A stretch of 63,627 nt of DNA, filler included, from Cercozoa sp. M6MM (Eukaryota > Protista > Endomyxa: Ascetosporea), in NCBI GenBank assembly GCA_040357565.1. It is 16 parts of 16 records of this genome, joined end to end, with 100 filler letters (N's around TTAATTAATTAA, not from the genome) between each part and the next. Parts side by side here need not be neighbours in the genome. Positions count along the whole stretch, not along the records: positions 27,418 to 34,609 come from JBDODJ010000646.1; positions 34,710 to 37,762 come from JBDODJ010001630.1; positions 37,863 to 45,051 come from JBDODJ010000647.1; 13 more parts are not named here. One strand, given 5' to 3'. Of this stretch, positions 27,418-41,129 are shown one piece after another. How positions within the stretch are numbered: the stretch's first letter is position 1; the number at the start of each line of letters is the position of its first letter. The position numbers and the translations under genes were made by a program. The notes under the pieces were generated by a model. That model was given only the letters and a program-made list of their open reading frames with translations. It did not search any database and was not told the DNA's origin.

Positions 27418-29430
27418 GGTGGTGGCCGAGCGACTGGGCGTGTCGCGAGCGTCGCTGTTCTTGCCCAATACAGAGGGTGCTGACGTATCGGCGCAGCGAT
27501 CAGGTAGGCACCCAGTGTCGCAGCTGTAATCAAGCCGAGTGTAGCCAGTCCTGCTGGCAGGCTAATTGTTTCTGTTTTTCGTACAGACGGCGGCGTCGCC
27601 GTTCGTGTCGCCGTGGCCGAGACGCAGGTCGTGCAGGAGACGAAGCAGTGGCTCACTTCGCATGGCGTCGACTTGGGCGCCTTCCAGGTAGTCAGTCCTC
27701 TTGCCCCTACCCTTTACCCCTACCCCTTTGCCCTACCCTTTGCCCTACCTCTAACCCCCAGGGCAAGCGAAGAGCAACGCCGCGGAGCGACACGGTGTTG
27801 TTGGTGAAGAATCTGCCGTACGACGACTCGGTCACTGAGCAGGCACTGAGGGTACACCCGTGCCTGTCTATTTGGACACATCGTGTCCACGTACACATGG
27901 ATTCGGCTTGTGTACATGTGGACTGGTGTAGGACCTGTTCGGGCCGGGCAACAAGTCCGTCCAGCTGGGCCGCGTGCTGCTGCCGCCGACTAAGGTGCTC
28001 GCCATCGTCGAGTTCTTTGAGCCGAGCGAGGTGTGTCAGCTTTGCCCCCCCCCCCCCCTTATCCCCCTGGCCCCCCTACCCCCCCCCCCCAGGCCAAGGC
28101 AGCCTTCCGAAGACTTGCGTATCGCAACTTCCACAACGTGCCGCTGTACCTCGAGTGGGCACCCCAGCGCGCTCTGTCCGAGGTATGTGTCATGTGGTCC
28201 ATTAAGTGTATGTCATGGTCCATTTGTACTATTTGGGGTGGCTACAACAGTCACAGAAGCCCGAGCGACCGCAGACGCAGGCCGAGTCGAAACAGGAAGA
28301 AAACGAAGCGGCAGCGGCCGATGAGGACGAACAAACTGGCGCGACGACACTCTTCGTCAAAAATCTCAACTTTGACACCACGAGCGAGACTCTCGAGGTA
28401 TGCCCCTACCTTCTTTGCCCCTACTTTCCCCTTCACCCCCCTACCATCCCCTGTACCCTATTTCCCTTGCCCCCTTTACCCCTACCCCCTCCAGCACGCA
28501 TTCAGCAAGCATGGCAAGCTGCGTTCGGCGCGTGTCGTGACGCACACCAAGAAACGCGCGCGGTACCTTTTGTGATCATACCCCCCCCCCCCGGGGGGGG
28601 ACGGTGACTGACTGGAGTGATCGCAGTGGTCAGGAGGAAGTTCTGTCACGTGGCTTTGGCTTTGTCGAGTTCGAGTCGGCGCGCGATGCGCAGCGCGCAC
28701 TTGACACCATGCAGGTGGCCTTTTACTCCCCTCATATTCCACCCCTACCCCATCTTACCCTCCTCCTTACCCTCTCTTACTCTCTGGCACAGGGCACAGT
28801 ACTAGATGGTCACACACTCGACATTGCGCTGAGTGAGACGGCTGGAGGCAAGACACGTGGCAAGGGCAAGTCAGCTAAGGGCATGGGCACCAAGATCACC
28901 GTCAAGAACCGTATACCTTCCACTTGCTCCCTATCCCCAGTTTTACCCCCTATTACCCCCCCCCCCCTGACAGTGGCGTTCCAGGCCAAGCCGAGCGAAG
29001 TGCGCGCGCTGTTCGCGACGTACGGACAGCTCAAGTCGCTGCGCATGCCGAAAAAATTCAACGGCGGCCACCGCGGCTTTGCGTTTGTCGAGTTCGTGAC
29101 GCAGCAGGAGGCACTGGCGGCCTTCGAGGCGCTGTCGGCCTCCACGCGACTCTACGGACGGTACACCTGTCCCACTCTGTCGCTTTCCGCCTTGTATCTC
29201 CTTTCTGTGTCCACCTGTACAGACGACTCGTTCTCGAATGGGCCAACGCGCCGCTGTCAGAGGTACTTTCTGACTGCTGTTTGCGTGTGTGTGTTTTGCT
29301 TGTTTTTTTTTTGCATCCAACTGTGTGTACCCAGACCGAACTGCGCGAACAAGCTACGGAGGTGGCCGAGGGACAAGAACGCGCACCCAAGCGGCAAAAG
29401 ACCAAGCGCATCGAGTCATTCGACGAGTAG
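27418..29430 (+). CDS. RBM19: Multiple-RRM rRNA-processing protein RBM19/Mrd1, C-terminal half
   Basis: AVRVAVAETQVVQETKQWLTSHGV, RSDTVLLVKNLP, AFRRLAYRNFHNVPLYLEWAP, TLFVKNLNFDT, SRGFGFVEF, LRMPKKFNGGHRGFAFVEF, STRLYGRRLVLEWA. Confidence 0.93.
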
Positions 29431-29597
29431 CTTGCGTTACCGGCCCTTTTTCTTAGTTTTGTGCGATTTCTTCAAAACAACTTGACGCGACTCAGCATCA
29501 CCGCGTGTTTTGATCATCTCAAAATTCCTTGTTTCCGGCCATTTGCGGCACTGATCGGCGTCACGTTGTGAACGCGAGTGGCGCTTTTCATTGTAGG

Positions 29598-30264
29598 ATG
29601 AGTCTGCTCCGATTGAGCCGCCTGGCCCGTGTTTCTCAGGTGGTGTGTTTCGCCCCTTGTGCGCTCCGTACATTTATTCGTGTATGTGGTTCTTTCATTT
29701 CAGCGCCGCTTGGCCGTCACTGAGACGGGTTTGCAATCACCGTTTGAGAACGACGCCGATTTTGAGCACAAGTGCGATGAAGTGCTGCAGCAGTTGTTCA
29801 CCTACCTTGATGACGATGTGAGGGACAATGGCAAGTTTGACTGCGACTTTGGTGTACGTCAGTTCTCTAATCGACTTGCTTGTTTGTGCGTAAGTTGCAT
29901 GTATTGTGCAAACTGCGCAGGGCGGTGTGCTCGAGGTGCAGTGTGACACCGCAGGCTGGGTTATTAACAAGCAAACGCCCAATCACCAGATCTGGCTCGC
30001 ATCGCCGCTTTCGGGTGATTTTGGTTTCATGGAGTGTCGAATGCGTCTTTTACCACCTTTTGTAGGCCCGCAACGTTTCGAATACTTCAACGGTAGATGG
30101 CGTAACCACCGCGACCACGAGAAACTGCTGCAGGAACTTCTCGAAGGTTGCTTGCTTGTTTGTGGTTGTCGGTTTTCTACCTAGATTTCTCTGAGCATGG
30201 TTTGCTTGCAGAGGAAATGTCGCAGCACCTCGGCTTTGATGTGGAGTTCGAGGAACCGTTTTAG
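29598..30264 (+). CDS. FXN: Frataxin (mitochondrial Fe-S assembly)
   Basis: Presequence-like MSLLRLSRLARVSQ; GGVLEV, WVINKQTPNHQIWLASPLS|GPQRFEY. Confidence 0.95.
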
Positions 30265-30535
30265 TCGCCCAACCCTCTAATCGATCGCGAGTTTACTTTT
30301 GCGGCTCACTTGTTGATTTATAACTAGCGTAACCTGAACGTAAATTTACGTACGGTAACGTCGTACCTCATAAAATTGCGTTCAAGTTGGTTCGGTATTG
30401 TAAACGAAACGCTACCGGACGCTTTAAACAACCGAAGAACCAACTTCGCAGCCGGCATACAATCGGTTCATTTCTGGCTCTACTAAACACGTACCCAAAC
30501 AAACCTCTCGCCGTTTCGTTCCCGTCCATGCTTTT

Positions 30536-33500
30536 CTACTTGTTTACCTTCAGCAACTTGAGCACTTCTAGCGGCTGGCACCTTTGCTTGCTGGCCGTGT
30601 CGACAAGCTGCCGGAAACTGCGCAGCACGGCCCGTTGGCGCTGGGCGCGCAGTTCCAGTTCGCACAGAGACGCCGTGTCTCCGCTCATGGTGTTGTACAA
30701 ATCGGCCAGCTGTTGGGAGGCATCGTGCAAGTGCAAGCGCTCGTCGTGCAACTCACTTTGAACCTGTTGAAAACAATAAATCGAAGGTTGCACGCTCCGT
30801 TATCAGCGCGCTTTACCCTGTCTAGGTTCTCTCGTGCAGTTTTGAGTTCTTCCTCGAGTATGTTGCAGCGATGCTGACGCAGCTCACGTGCTTGCTTTCG
30901 CATGCTACGAACACGGTCGGTCGAACGCTTTAACTCGCGCTCGGTGGCAGTCAGCTTTGTGCGCAGATCAGCTTGCTTCGCACTGAGGCGCTTGCGTTCG
31001 AGTTCGACACCGCTTCCGGCAGCGGCAACACGTGTCCCGATGCTGCCCTCTCCCGAGACCTGTTGACCGACTTTTGCGTCGAAAGCTGCTGCTTTAATGG
31101 CGTTTCGGAATTTGGTGTTTCGGTTCACGAGAACGCCAAGCGTGTTGTCCATAGCTCGAAGCTCGCTTTCCTTTCGCTTGATTTCGGCATTGAGCGCGTC
31201 GCCTTCTTGTCGCAACTCTTCGCGCTGCTGCGCCGCTTTCACGATAAAGTAGGCCTGTGATCGGACTTCGCCTTCTTCCTCGTCGCTTGGACGTAGTCGA
31301 GCTGCGAGAGTTTCGTACCGAGTCTGGAGAACATTGAGTGCCTTTTCCTGCTCACGCACTTGCATGAGTGCCTCATGGCGCAGTTGCTCCTGTGCACGCA
31401 GTTCCTGCGTTTCAGATTCGTTGCGACCAAGTGCTTCTTTGTGCTTTTCTTGCATCTCGACTTCCATCGAGCGCTTCTGTGCATCGAGTGTGAGTGCCTT
31501 CTCGGCAACTGCGGCGAGTTTTTCGCTCAGTCTGCGCACGTCGAGGCGTCGCTCTTCAACGCGAACACGCAGTGCTCGCGTTCGCTTGCTCGTTTCGTCA
31601 CTGCGCACAGAGGAGAAGGCAACGTTGGTATGTCGTCAATAGATACAGCAAAGGTTGAGTTTACATTTCAGCACGCGTCGACTCAATCTCGAGCCTCAAC
31701 TCGATGATTTGCTCATTCAGCTGGGCTCGACTGTGCTCGCTGTCGATTCTCGCCGCTGTCACTTTGTTCAGGTATTCCGCAGTGCGAGTGACATCCTTTT
31801 TGACGACATCCCTCTGTTTGGTGACGATTTCGAGCTCTTCGGTGAGTTCTTCGATCTTTACTTCCATAATCTCGCGATCTTCCTGGCTCTGTTGTCCCAG
31901 CTTGCGAGCGATAGCAGCTTCGAGTTCCTGTGCCTTCAGTTCGATGCCATAGAGGATGCGCTTTTGGTTAACATTGCGTGTGTCAAGTTCTTCTGCCCGC
32001 TGCTTGAGCGCTCGATGTAGCGAAACTGCATCGCGACTTTCGGACAAGAGTTGTTCCTCTTGTTTCTTGAGCTGGAAAGACCTTTGCTTTTGCTGAATCG
32101 ATAGCTCCTTGAGAGTGGCAGCGACGGCATTCAACTCCACCAGTCGCTCAGCTTGCTCGCAGCGGATGCGCTCGGCTTCGGCTCGCTGCGCTTCGAGGTC
32201 TCCACTCGCGTTGCGAAGTTCTTCGCAGTGCTGCTCAGCTTCGACGACGCGCAACTCGTCTTTCTTTGCTGCCTCCCCGATGGCGATGGCATCTTCTTCT
32301 TTCTGCTGGACCATGAGCGTCTCTTTTTTTACCTGAGCTTGGAGAGCCTCCAACTCTGTGACCTCTAGAGTGTATTCGTTGGTGGCACGACGCAGCTTCT
32401 CCTCTGTAGGCGCAACCTTCTTCTGTCTCCTCTGCAACTGACGACCAAAGTGTGCTCCGAGCTGCTCGACTTCGCGTTGCTTCTTTTGAACCTTGTCCAG
32501 CTCTGCCTTGAGCTCGGCGTTGAGCGACATGGCTCGTCCGACGTCTTCTCGAGCTCGTTCGATGTGCTGGACGGCCTCGTAAACCTGACGATCGCGAGAA
32601 AGCAATTCTTCTTCGTACTCGTTCCATCTTTCGTGCGCCTCGGTTCGAGTCTTGATCACCGACTGGAGCCGCTCAGAGGAATTCTCGAGTTCAAGCTGCG
32701 CTGCTTGTGTTTCTACGACGACATGTTCAAGTCGGTTTCTCTCCTTTTCGGCTTCTTCTGTGGCGCGCTCGAGATCCAGCTGCAAGCCGCGGATACGCGA
32801 CCTGTCTTTCTTGGCGAAAGCGGCAATGGCCTCAATATCCTCTTCCTTTTCCTTCCAGACGGCAGTCCACTCTTCGAGTTCCTCGGCACTGCATTTTGTT
32901 TCGTTTTGCAGGCCCTTGATCCGTTCTTCGGCAATCAAGGCTTCTTTCGTAACACTGACGAGTCGGGCTTGAACTTTCTCCGTGTCACAGCCCAGCAACT
33001 CGACAACTCGCAGCCAGTTTTTGTACGCGGTCTCAGAGAGTCTGCGCCGGCGTTGCACTGTCTCGAGCTCCTGTTGCTTGAGTTGACTCAACTCACGTGT
33101 GTGCGACAGCTCGACGAAAACGTTGTTCAGGTGCGCTCCCATGACTCGCACACGTTCAGCGACCTGCGCGTGTGAACGCTTCGCATCGCTGAGTTGTCGT
33201 CTTCGCTCAGCGATCTGCATCGCAAGTTTGCGACTCGACTCTTTCGCGAATTCCGGAAGCTCAGTTGCGTACGATGCGTCCTTTTCTGCAGTGCCTGGCC
33301 GAGAAAGCACGATTCCAAGGTCAGCCATCTCTGCTGCCAGCGCCTCGTCCTCGTCCATATCGACGACTGCCAATTCCTTGCCGTTGGACGACGATGTCGC
33401 GGTCTTGCTGGATGATGAGGCCATAACTTCACCGATCAGTGTGCCTTGCTTTGGTGCTCCCTCCGCAGGCGAGTGCGCACCCTCGCCTGTTGCTGGTATT

Positions 33501-33654
33501 GCAGAAACTTGGTGTGCATCCAACTTCAAGTTGCTTGTCTCTTGCTGCTGCGAAGATGCACCGGACGCTGAAGCCGCCAGCCCTGCAAAAAAAAAAACAC
33601 TATACTTCAATTTTGGCCCGGAAGGGTTTCTCAAAGCTGCGTACGGTCGCTCAT
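30536..33654 (-). CDS. CCDC39: Axonemal ruler coiled-coil protein CCDC39/FAP59
   Basis: LPEFAKESSRKL...RVRVMGAHLNNVFVEL and SQAYFIVKAAQQREELRQEGDALNAEIKRKESELRAMDNTL match conserved CCDC39 blocks; ORFs 31661-33697 and 30685-31608 are joined by a GT-AG intron. Confidence 0.9.
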
Positions 33655-33965
33655 GCAGTCTACTAAGCACGGACGAAGAAGCGCGGCACGGGCACAAACG
33701 ATGGGTTAAATGATAAATCGCTAATTTGGCAGATTTCGTGAGAAACGCTGGCTTGGGTTGAACTGTCTAGAATACGCGGCTGGGCTGCATGAATTTCTGA
33801 GCATCGCCGGCGCTACCAGCATGCCAGCGCCAACAGCGATATTAGTCCCAATCTCCATCAACGTTCTTAGAAGACTGAACTAACTAACTAGTCCCAATCT
33901 CCAGCGCAGGCTGGTACGGTATCGTATCGTCCCCACAATCCGATTCCTGTCAGGCCGCATCTCGT

Positions 33966-34578
33966 CTACCGCATGGCGAAGCGCGGAGGCATCACACCGG
34001 GCCGCTGTGTCGTGGACTGCCAAGACACACACGACGAGAGACTCGTGATTTCACACAAGCACGCGGGGGGGGGGGGGGATTTGGTACCAATGCGGACTGC
34101 TGCTGCTGGCTCGAAGCGGACTGGAAGGCACCGGGTCTCTGCATGGAGGTGGGCGGCATTCGCATGCCTCCCTGCATGCCCCCTTGCATGCCGCTTTGCA
34201 CACCCATGCCGGACTGCATGCCTCCCTGCATGCCCATGCCAGGTTGCATGCCACGTGCCGGCATACCACTCTGCTGGAAGCCTTGCTGCATGCCACTAGG
34301 CTGCGGCTGGAAGCCTCCTTGCCGCTGGAAGCCTCCCTGTTGTTGAAAGCCTTGGCCCTGTTGCTGGACGCCTTGGGCCTGCTGGAAGCCTTGGGCCTGC
34401 TGGAAGCCTCCCTGCTGAAAGCCTTGAGTCTGCTGTGTGCCCTGACTCGACATAGTCTGACCAGGCATAGTCTGACCAGGCACAGTCTGACCAGGCATGC
34501 CCTGTCCCTGTGCACGCATCGGCGAAGACAGCGACGACGCCGAGCGCTGGCGCATCTCCGCCGCTGTCGGCAACTTCA
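33966..34578 (-). CDS. 3' end of a gene with a Q/G/M-rich low-complexity C-terminus
   Basis: Repeats PGQTM, QGFQQ and GMQGG; last exon STTQRPGVMPPRFAMR*. Confidence 0.65.
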
Positions 34579-34709
34579 GGCCCGACCGACTGTGGGGGGG
34601 GGGGGGGGGNNNNNNNNNNNNNNNNNNNNNNNNNNNNNNNNNNNNNNNNNNNNTTAATTAATTAANNNNNNNNNNNNNNNNNNNNNNNNNNNNNNNNNNN
34701 NNNNNNNNN

Positions 34710-34761
<52 letters not shown>

Positions 34762-34836
34762 AAACACCACACACACCACACATACCACACATACACACAC
34801 ACGCACACGTGACCACACCATACACACACGCACACA

Positions 34837-36667
34837 GGCTTCCAAAGAAAGAGTTCGCAGGGAGATACGGATGACGCGGCACGCGCACAGTGCGAACGTC
34901 TAACATCGTCTCAATCTTCTCGGTGCGCGCCTCCTCCTGGTATAAAACAGGTATTCTCCCCGGGGCAAAAGTGGCATCACACAACACATGCAGATACCTG
35001 TGCCTGTTTTTGTTCGGCCATGCGTGCATCCCACTGCACACAGGGTACACATGCATGCATATACGAGCAGAAAAATCCAGCTTGGATCTAATGCCAAGGT
35101 ACAGCATCGAAGGCAGCGGCGTCAAACATTGGTGGCTACACAAAAACAGTCACACGGCATCAGTTGATACAAACAAGATTAAAGTACAGCAGGCATAGAC
35201 ATCGACGAACTCTCCTCCGAGCCAGTGTGCTCCGAAATTTCCTGTGACTCTTCGAGCTGCTGCTGCTGCTGCTGCTGCTGCCGCGTGCTACGTCGCAGTC
35301 GAGTCGAGCGACGGACGCCATCGACAGAGGCACCGTCGCCCTGGTCGTGCTCACCAACGATGTCGGCAGCGGTGCTAGGTTCTGTAGCAGCACCCGCAGC
35401 CCTGCCTGCCGCAGCGCGGGGTTCTTCGGCATCGGCCAAGCGACGGGTGCGACGAGGTCTCGCCTGCAGAAACATCCATCAGTACCTAGACAGAGATCCA
35501 AGCAGACAAAACGGCAGGCAGTACCAGCTTGCGTTTTTTAGGCTGCTGCTTCTTCTTTTTCTTCTTGGAGGAGGCATATTCATCCTCGTCAGAGTAAACC
35601 GAGTAGTTGCCTTCGTCCTCGCTGGTGAGCACGTCGCCGTACTCGTCATCCTGCTGCGCCTCCTCCGGCTGCGCGGCGGCCTGCTGTTGCTGTTGTTGCT
35701 GCAGTTGCAGTTGCTGTCTCTGTTGTTGCAGGTAGTGCTGGTGCTGCAGTTGCTGCTGGTACAGCAGTTGTCGCTGCTGTTGGAGGAGTAACTGTTGGTG
35801 GTACGGCTGTTGTGGATGCTGCTGTTGTTGCTGCTGCTGTTGGTGCTGTTGTTGCTGTTGGAGCTGCTGAAGCTGCTGTTGCTGGAGCTGTTGCTGCTGC
35901 TGAAGCTGTTGCTGCTGCTGTTGGCGCTGCTGCGCTTGCTGTTGCTGTTGTTTTTGCAGTTGCTGCAAGGACAAAATATGCAGTAAACGAGAGGATCACT
36001 GGGCAGGAAAACATCGATGCGCCTTGTACCAAGATGGCCTGTCGCTGCATTGCGAGCATTTGCATCATTTTATCAAAGTTCGCCTGTTAAGAAAAAAAGA
36101 CATACGTTAAAGACAGTAGAATTGATTTCGTCAAGTCGTACCTTTGCTTGAGTTGGATCAAATGTCACGATTCGCTCTTCGAGTTGCATGTTGGCTGTGC
36201 ACACCACACATATTGTATACTCCATGTTCATCCATATTGACCAAACGGACAGCACAGGATACCTTGCAGAGCGTGCTGACGCAGCGGCAAGAAGGCCTGA
36301 CTCGCCATGACGAAGCGATGATGACACCACTGCCGCATGTGTGCGTACTGTTGCTCCGGCAGGTACGTCTGCACCACATAATATACATCAATCTACAGTT
36401 GACACGCAAGCTATCAAAAGTGCGCCGTGGACAAAGGTACAATGAGCTGCAGAACTTTCGTGCAGAGTGTCATGGAATCGACACATGCTTGTGGCGTCGT
36501 GAGCTGCATCTGCTGGATCATGGCTACAACAGCAGACTCAGACGACACTCAGTACAAGTAAGCAGTAGCACGACTAAGGTGTTGGGCGTACCGATGCATT
36601 GCTGAAGCTGTTGTTGCAACTGTGCTTGTTGCAGTTGGGCCTGCTGCTGCGGTTGCTGTTGCTGCAT
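34837..36667 (-). CDS. Poly-Q protein N-terminus, possibly a CHD-type remodeler; 3'-truncated
   Basis: Long poly-Q, acidic and basic patches (KKKKKKQQPKKRK), RRSTRLRR, then EKIETMLDVR resembling a chromodomain start. The CHD assignment is weak. Confidence 0.5.
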
Positions 36668-37038
36668 CTCAGAAACGTTCGCACGCTGCGTCCGCGCGGA
36701 TCAAGAGTAGCGATTGTTTGGTGACAATTATTCTTGACCTCTCCGCGCGGGCAGGTCACACACTCACGAGGTGTTTGTTTGACCCAACAGAGACAGAACC
36801 GACCGTGCAAAATTGCGGTATGACAGTGATTTGTGGCAGATGGAGCGACGAAAGCTTCTCCCGCGTTCACTATCGGTCCTCGGGGCCGGCCTTGGCACAG
36901 TATCGCCCTTTTAACCAGAAAAGTTTAAAAGATGTGTGTCGGTTTGTACGGTACAGATGAGCCAAAAATTAAAAATAATGCATGGTCGCGAAGACCTCCT
37001 TCTTTAGGGTGCAGCACACGTTGTGACGGCACCAAACA

Positions 37039-37726
37039 ATGTCAGACTGGAGCACAATTGAATCTGGTACCATTCCGGCATTCGTTTGAGAAGCAGAGAA
37101 AGTTTGCTTACCCAGTTGGTTTTGCTCATCGGTAGACCCAGGTGTCTTCACCGCGTTGCTGCATCAGATTGGTGTGCGAAACGGTACCTTTTTCACCTTC
37201 TTTACATCCATGCACTTTTTACACTTGCCCTTCGTTTAAACAGTAGATGTCCGCGAGTTGGTTGACCTCTCACCGGAGGGATTGCACGCTCTGCCCCGCG
37301 TTTTGGTACGCCTGTTAAATTTCCCTCCTATCTGGGAGATGTTGTCTGAAACTATTGGTTCGCTTCTTATTCGCGGTAGGGCTTGGTTTTTCTGTTTAAG
37401 TGGCAAAAGGACGCATCGCATAAGTTCGATGAGGGTAATACACGCAAACACATGCTGTGTGCGCGTGTATTTGTCGCTTGCGTGAACTATCACAGGCACT
37501 CGAAGTGACGGCGGTCGATTGCTGCCGTACGTGCCGGAGCTTTACTTTGCGCAGCAACGTATCACCAATGCGTACCTTTGCTCTCGCACAGTGCCCTGTC
37601 TTTCATTCTGTGTGTGTGTCTGTGTGTCTGTGTGTGTCTGTGTGTCGCTAGGTGCGCCACGCAAGCTCTAGTAAACGTGATGCTGAATGCTGATCTTGAC
37701 ACCCATGAAGATGGTCCGCACGATCG

Positions 37727-37728
<2 letters not shown>
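37039..37728 (+). CDS. UCHL5: Ubiquitin C-terminal hydrolase UCH37/UCHL5, N-terminal part
   Basis: MSDWSTIES|DPGVFTALL, GLVFLFKW, LYFAQQRITNA|CATQAL (catalytic Cys). Confidence 0.93.
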
Positions 37729-37762
<34 letters not shown>

Positions 37763-37862
37763 NNNNNNNNNNNNNNNNNNNNNNNNNNNNNNNNNNNNNN
37801 NNNNNNTTAATTAATTAANNNNNNNNNNNNNNNNNNNNNNNNNNNNNNNNNNNNNNNNNNNN

Positions 37863-37929
<67 letters not shown>

Positions 37930-37942
37930 GGAATAAAAGTGT

Positions 37943-39017
37943 ACCGGAAATGAAGCTGCCATCCTCGCTCTTGTAGCTTTGGAGTTTCTTGTTCGAGCAG
38001 GTAGCGCAGGGCCAAAGGAACCATGCCTAATATGTTTAAACGTATACAAATGGATATGCGAAGAAGGAGAGTACCGTTCTCCTTCTGAAGCATGGTGTAG
38101 GTTTTGCCACTGCCAGTCTGGCCGTAAGCAAAGCAGGTTACGTTGTAACCATGCAGCATACCCCTCAGCAGCGGCTGAAACTGTGCAAAACACCTGCAGA
38201 ACAACACACATGCACACAAATACACACAAACGTGCGTAATGATACTCTTCTTGCGATGCCGTACGGTCCAAGACCGAGTCGAAATTGAAGGACTTGGTGT
38301 CCTTCCTGGTTGCTCCTGTGCCGATGATACAAAGATTACAGAACAGATGACGCACAGAAAAGAACTCTTGTGCTCGCGCACCATCAACCGTCGCACTGTG
38401 TGAGTGCACGAGCAATCGACCACGTCGGTCTTCCAGGTCCTCGGTCTGGGTGCCGTCGTAGCCTTGCACTTCGTAGTTCTCGTTGGGAGCGCCGCCGCCG
38501 CGCAGTCGCACGAACACGCGGACTGCCCCGGTCACTGCGAAAGCACGCACACACATACACCCACAGAACCAGCACACCTGTCCCAGCCAGGACAAGCAAG
38601 GTAGCTGTACAGTCCTGCAACTTGGAGAACAGCTGGAGACGAATCTCTTCGTCCTTCAGACGTGCTGCCTTTAGTTCAGTCACCTGCAAGCAGTTAAGGT
38701 AGCAGCCCTAAGGAATTAATGCATGTACGTACGGTAGAAACAGCAGGTACCTGACCGGTGAGTGCGTCAACTTGTCGTCGCAACTGTGCCACGAGAGCAT
38801 CTTGGTGTGCTGTGACAGTGACGACACGGGCCACGTGCTCGTCGGCACTGCGGCTGCCGCCGTCACTGCTGCTGGAAGACAGCGCCTGCTTCAGCGTTGC
38901 TGTTTTAAGCCGACACATGCGCGTACACGTGTCCAGACATAACAAATAAAGGCCAAAGCTACCATTGTAGCGACCGTCACTGCGGCGAGACAGCTGATCG
39001 CGAAAGCTCCCGCACTG

Positions 39018-39089
<72 letters not shown>

Positions 39090-39455
39090 ACGCACGAGCA
39101 GCGGAGGATGTAGGATGCACACGTTTACAGAAAGAGCAACAGCGCGGCGCGAACGACGTAGCTGACTGACCTCTGCCTCGTTCTCCTCTTCCTCACTCCC
39201 ACTGTCGATGCCTTCCTGCAGTCACCAACAACATTGAAAGACGGTAGCGAGATTTTCAAGACATACACCAGGCGCATGTCTGGTAGGTTCAGCGGCAGGT
39301 CGCGTCACGAGCTGCTTACGGCGTCGTTTTCGAGGAGGCTCTTTCACCAACTCCTCTACTTCCTTGGCCGGCGGTTTCTCTGCAGGTAACAAAAAAACTC
39401 GCGCGAAAAATAAGTGAACAATCCAGCACGTAAGCGACCCACTTTTACGCGGCAT
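37943..39455 (-). CDS. Kinesin-14-type (C-terminal motor) kinesin, 3'-truncated
   Basis: Coiled coil and neck RLQLFSKLQDCT|GAVRVFVRLR precede the motor; FNFDSV; GYNVTCFAYGQTGSGKTYTM. Confidence 0.88.
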
Positions 39456-39826
39456 TTCGGCACTAAACCACAAACTGCAGTTACAGAGTGTGTGCAGCAC
39501 TCTGTTTTCTCTCAGGCCTTGGTGGTACCAGCTCTGACAATAGTCAAGCGCTGAGCGAGTCGTTGACGTTCAGCGCTCCGCCATTTTTAAACCACATCTT
39601 CCGGTAACCGCACTAACGGCGCTGCCAACCTGCCAGGGCGTGCGTCACAGCGGGCTGTACGGGAGTTTTTCGTGCTTTGACGTCGCGCGTGCACCGTGAG
39701 GCACTTGAATTTTCCAGCGCGGTATCAATCTCTGAGCAATATGTGCTCGTTTGCATCTCAGGACTCTAAAGCAACGGCTGATTTGCAGGAACGATATAAT
39801 CTTGAAGACGGGATCGACAGAGAAAA

Positions 39827-40025
39827 ATGGCGAGCTCGCTCCAGCCACACGAGGAGGAGCAGATGCAGCTCTTCATCGATTTCTGTGAGAAGCACCCGGA
39901 CGGCGTGTCGGACGAGGCCGTGTCCTCGCAGCTGCCGCAGATCGGTGAGAACACGCGCGCCAAGATTGTGAACGAACTGCTGCAGACTAATCGACTAGTG
40001 CTGCAGCAAAGTCGCGACAGGTGCC

Positions 40026-40104
<79 letters not shown>

Positions 40105-41036
40105 CGAGCTGCTTTATGCTCATGTGCGCCTACAGAAGGCAAGTCTACTACCGCCTGTACTCTGAGGACAAAGCGAGAAAACTTGTCGATTTAAACGCAG
40201 AGGTAAACTGGGGATTATTCTGCGGTGTATGTGTGAGAGTGTGCTGACTGACAATCGCGCCTGTGTTATGTGTCTGATGTTGTTTCTTGCTTGCAGGCTG
40301 TCATGATCTACCAGATGATTGAGCGTGGCGGCAACATGGGCTTGTGGATGCGCGACATCCGCAAGCGCAGCAACTTGCCGCGCAAGACGGCGCAGAAGCA
40401 CATCAAGAAACTCGAGTCGCGCAACCTCATCAAGCTCGTCAAGGGCGCCGCAGTCAGGGGGAAGGTGCCAGTTTCTTGACGCTTCTCGTCGCCTAGACTG
40501 CTTACTCTCAGGTTTTGTAGGACGTGTATATGCTATCTGAACTCGAACCGGCGCGCGAACTCACCGGAGGAACCTTCTTTGTTGGCGCCGAATTCGACGC
40601 TCAGTTCGTGCGAGAACTCACGGCGGCGGCCTACACCTGCGTTGTCAAGCAAGGTACCTATCAGTCGATGTTGTCTCTGTGTAATAACATCTGTTTGCAA
40701 ACGCGAGTCTGTTTTGGCAGGACCCGTGACGTGCGCGCAGGTGCACACGTGGCTCACGTCGATCAAGATCAGCAAAGTCGAGTTGCTTCCGGAAGATGTC
40801 GAGCAACTGCTCTACGTGCTCGAAATGGACGGCTTGGTACATCCCCGTTCTCTTTTAAGTTTGTGTATATGTCTGGACTGCACGTGCGCACAGGTGGAGA
40901 GGTTACCGCCTCCACAGTTCCGAGCACGCGAGTTGCTGGATTTGCCTAAGCCGAATGTCGAGGATGCCAGCATTCCGCGCTACCGCCAGGCTCGCAGCAA
41001 ACCCAGTACCGTGCTCGCCGTGCCATGTGTGCAGTG
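39827..41036 (+). CDS. POLR3F: RNA polymerase III subunit RPC34/RPC6; last Cys-rich exon missing
   Basis: IYQMIERGGNMGLWMRDIR, KKLESRNLIKLVK, VYMLSELEPARELTGGTFF, ISKVELLPEDVEQLL, PCVQ. Confidence 0.92.
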
Positions 41037-41048
41037 GTATGTCTAATA

Positions 41049-41109
<61 letters not shown>

Positions 41110-41129
41110 GATGGAGGAAAATACACACA

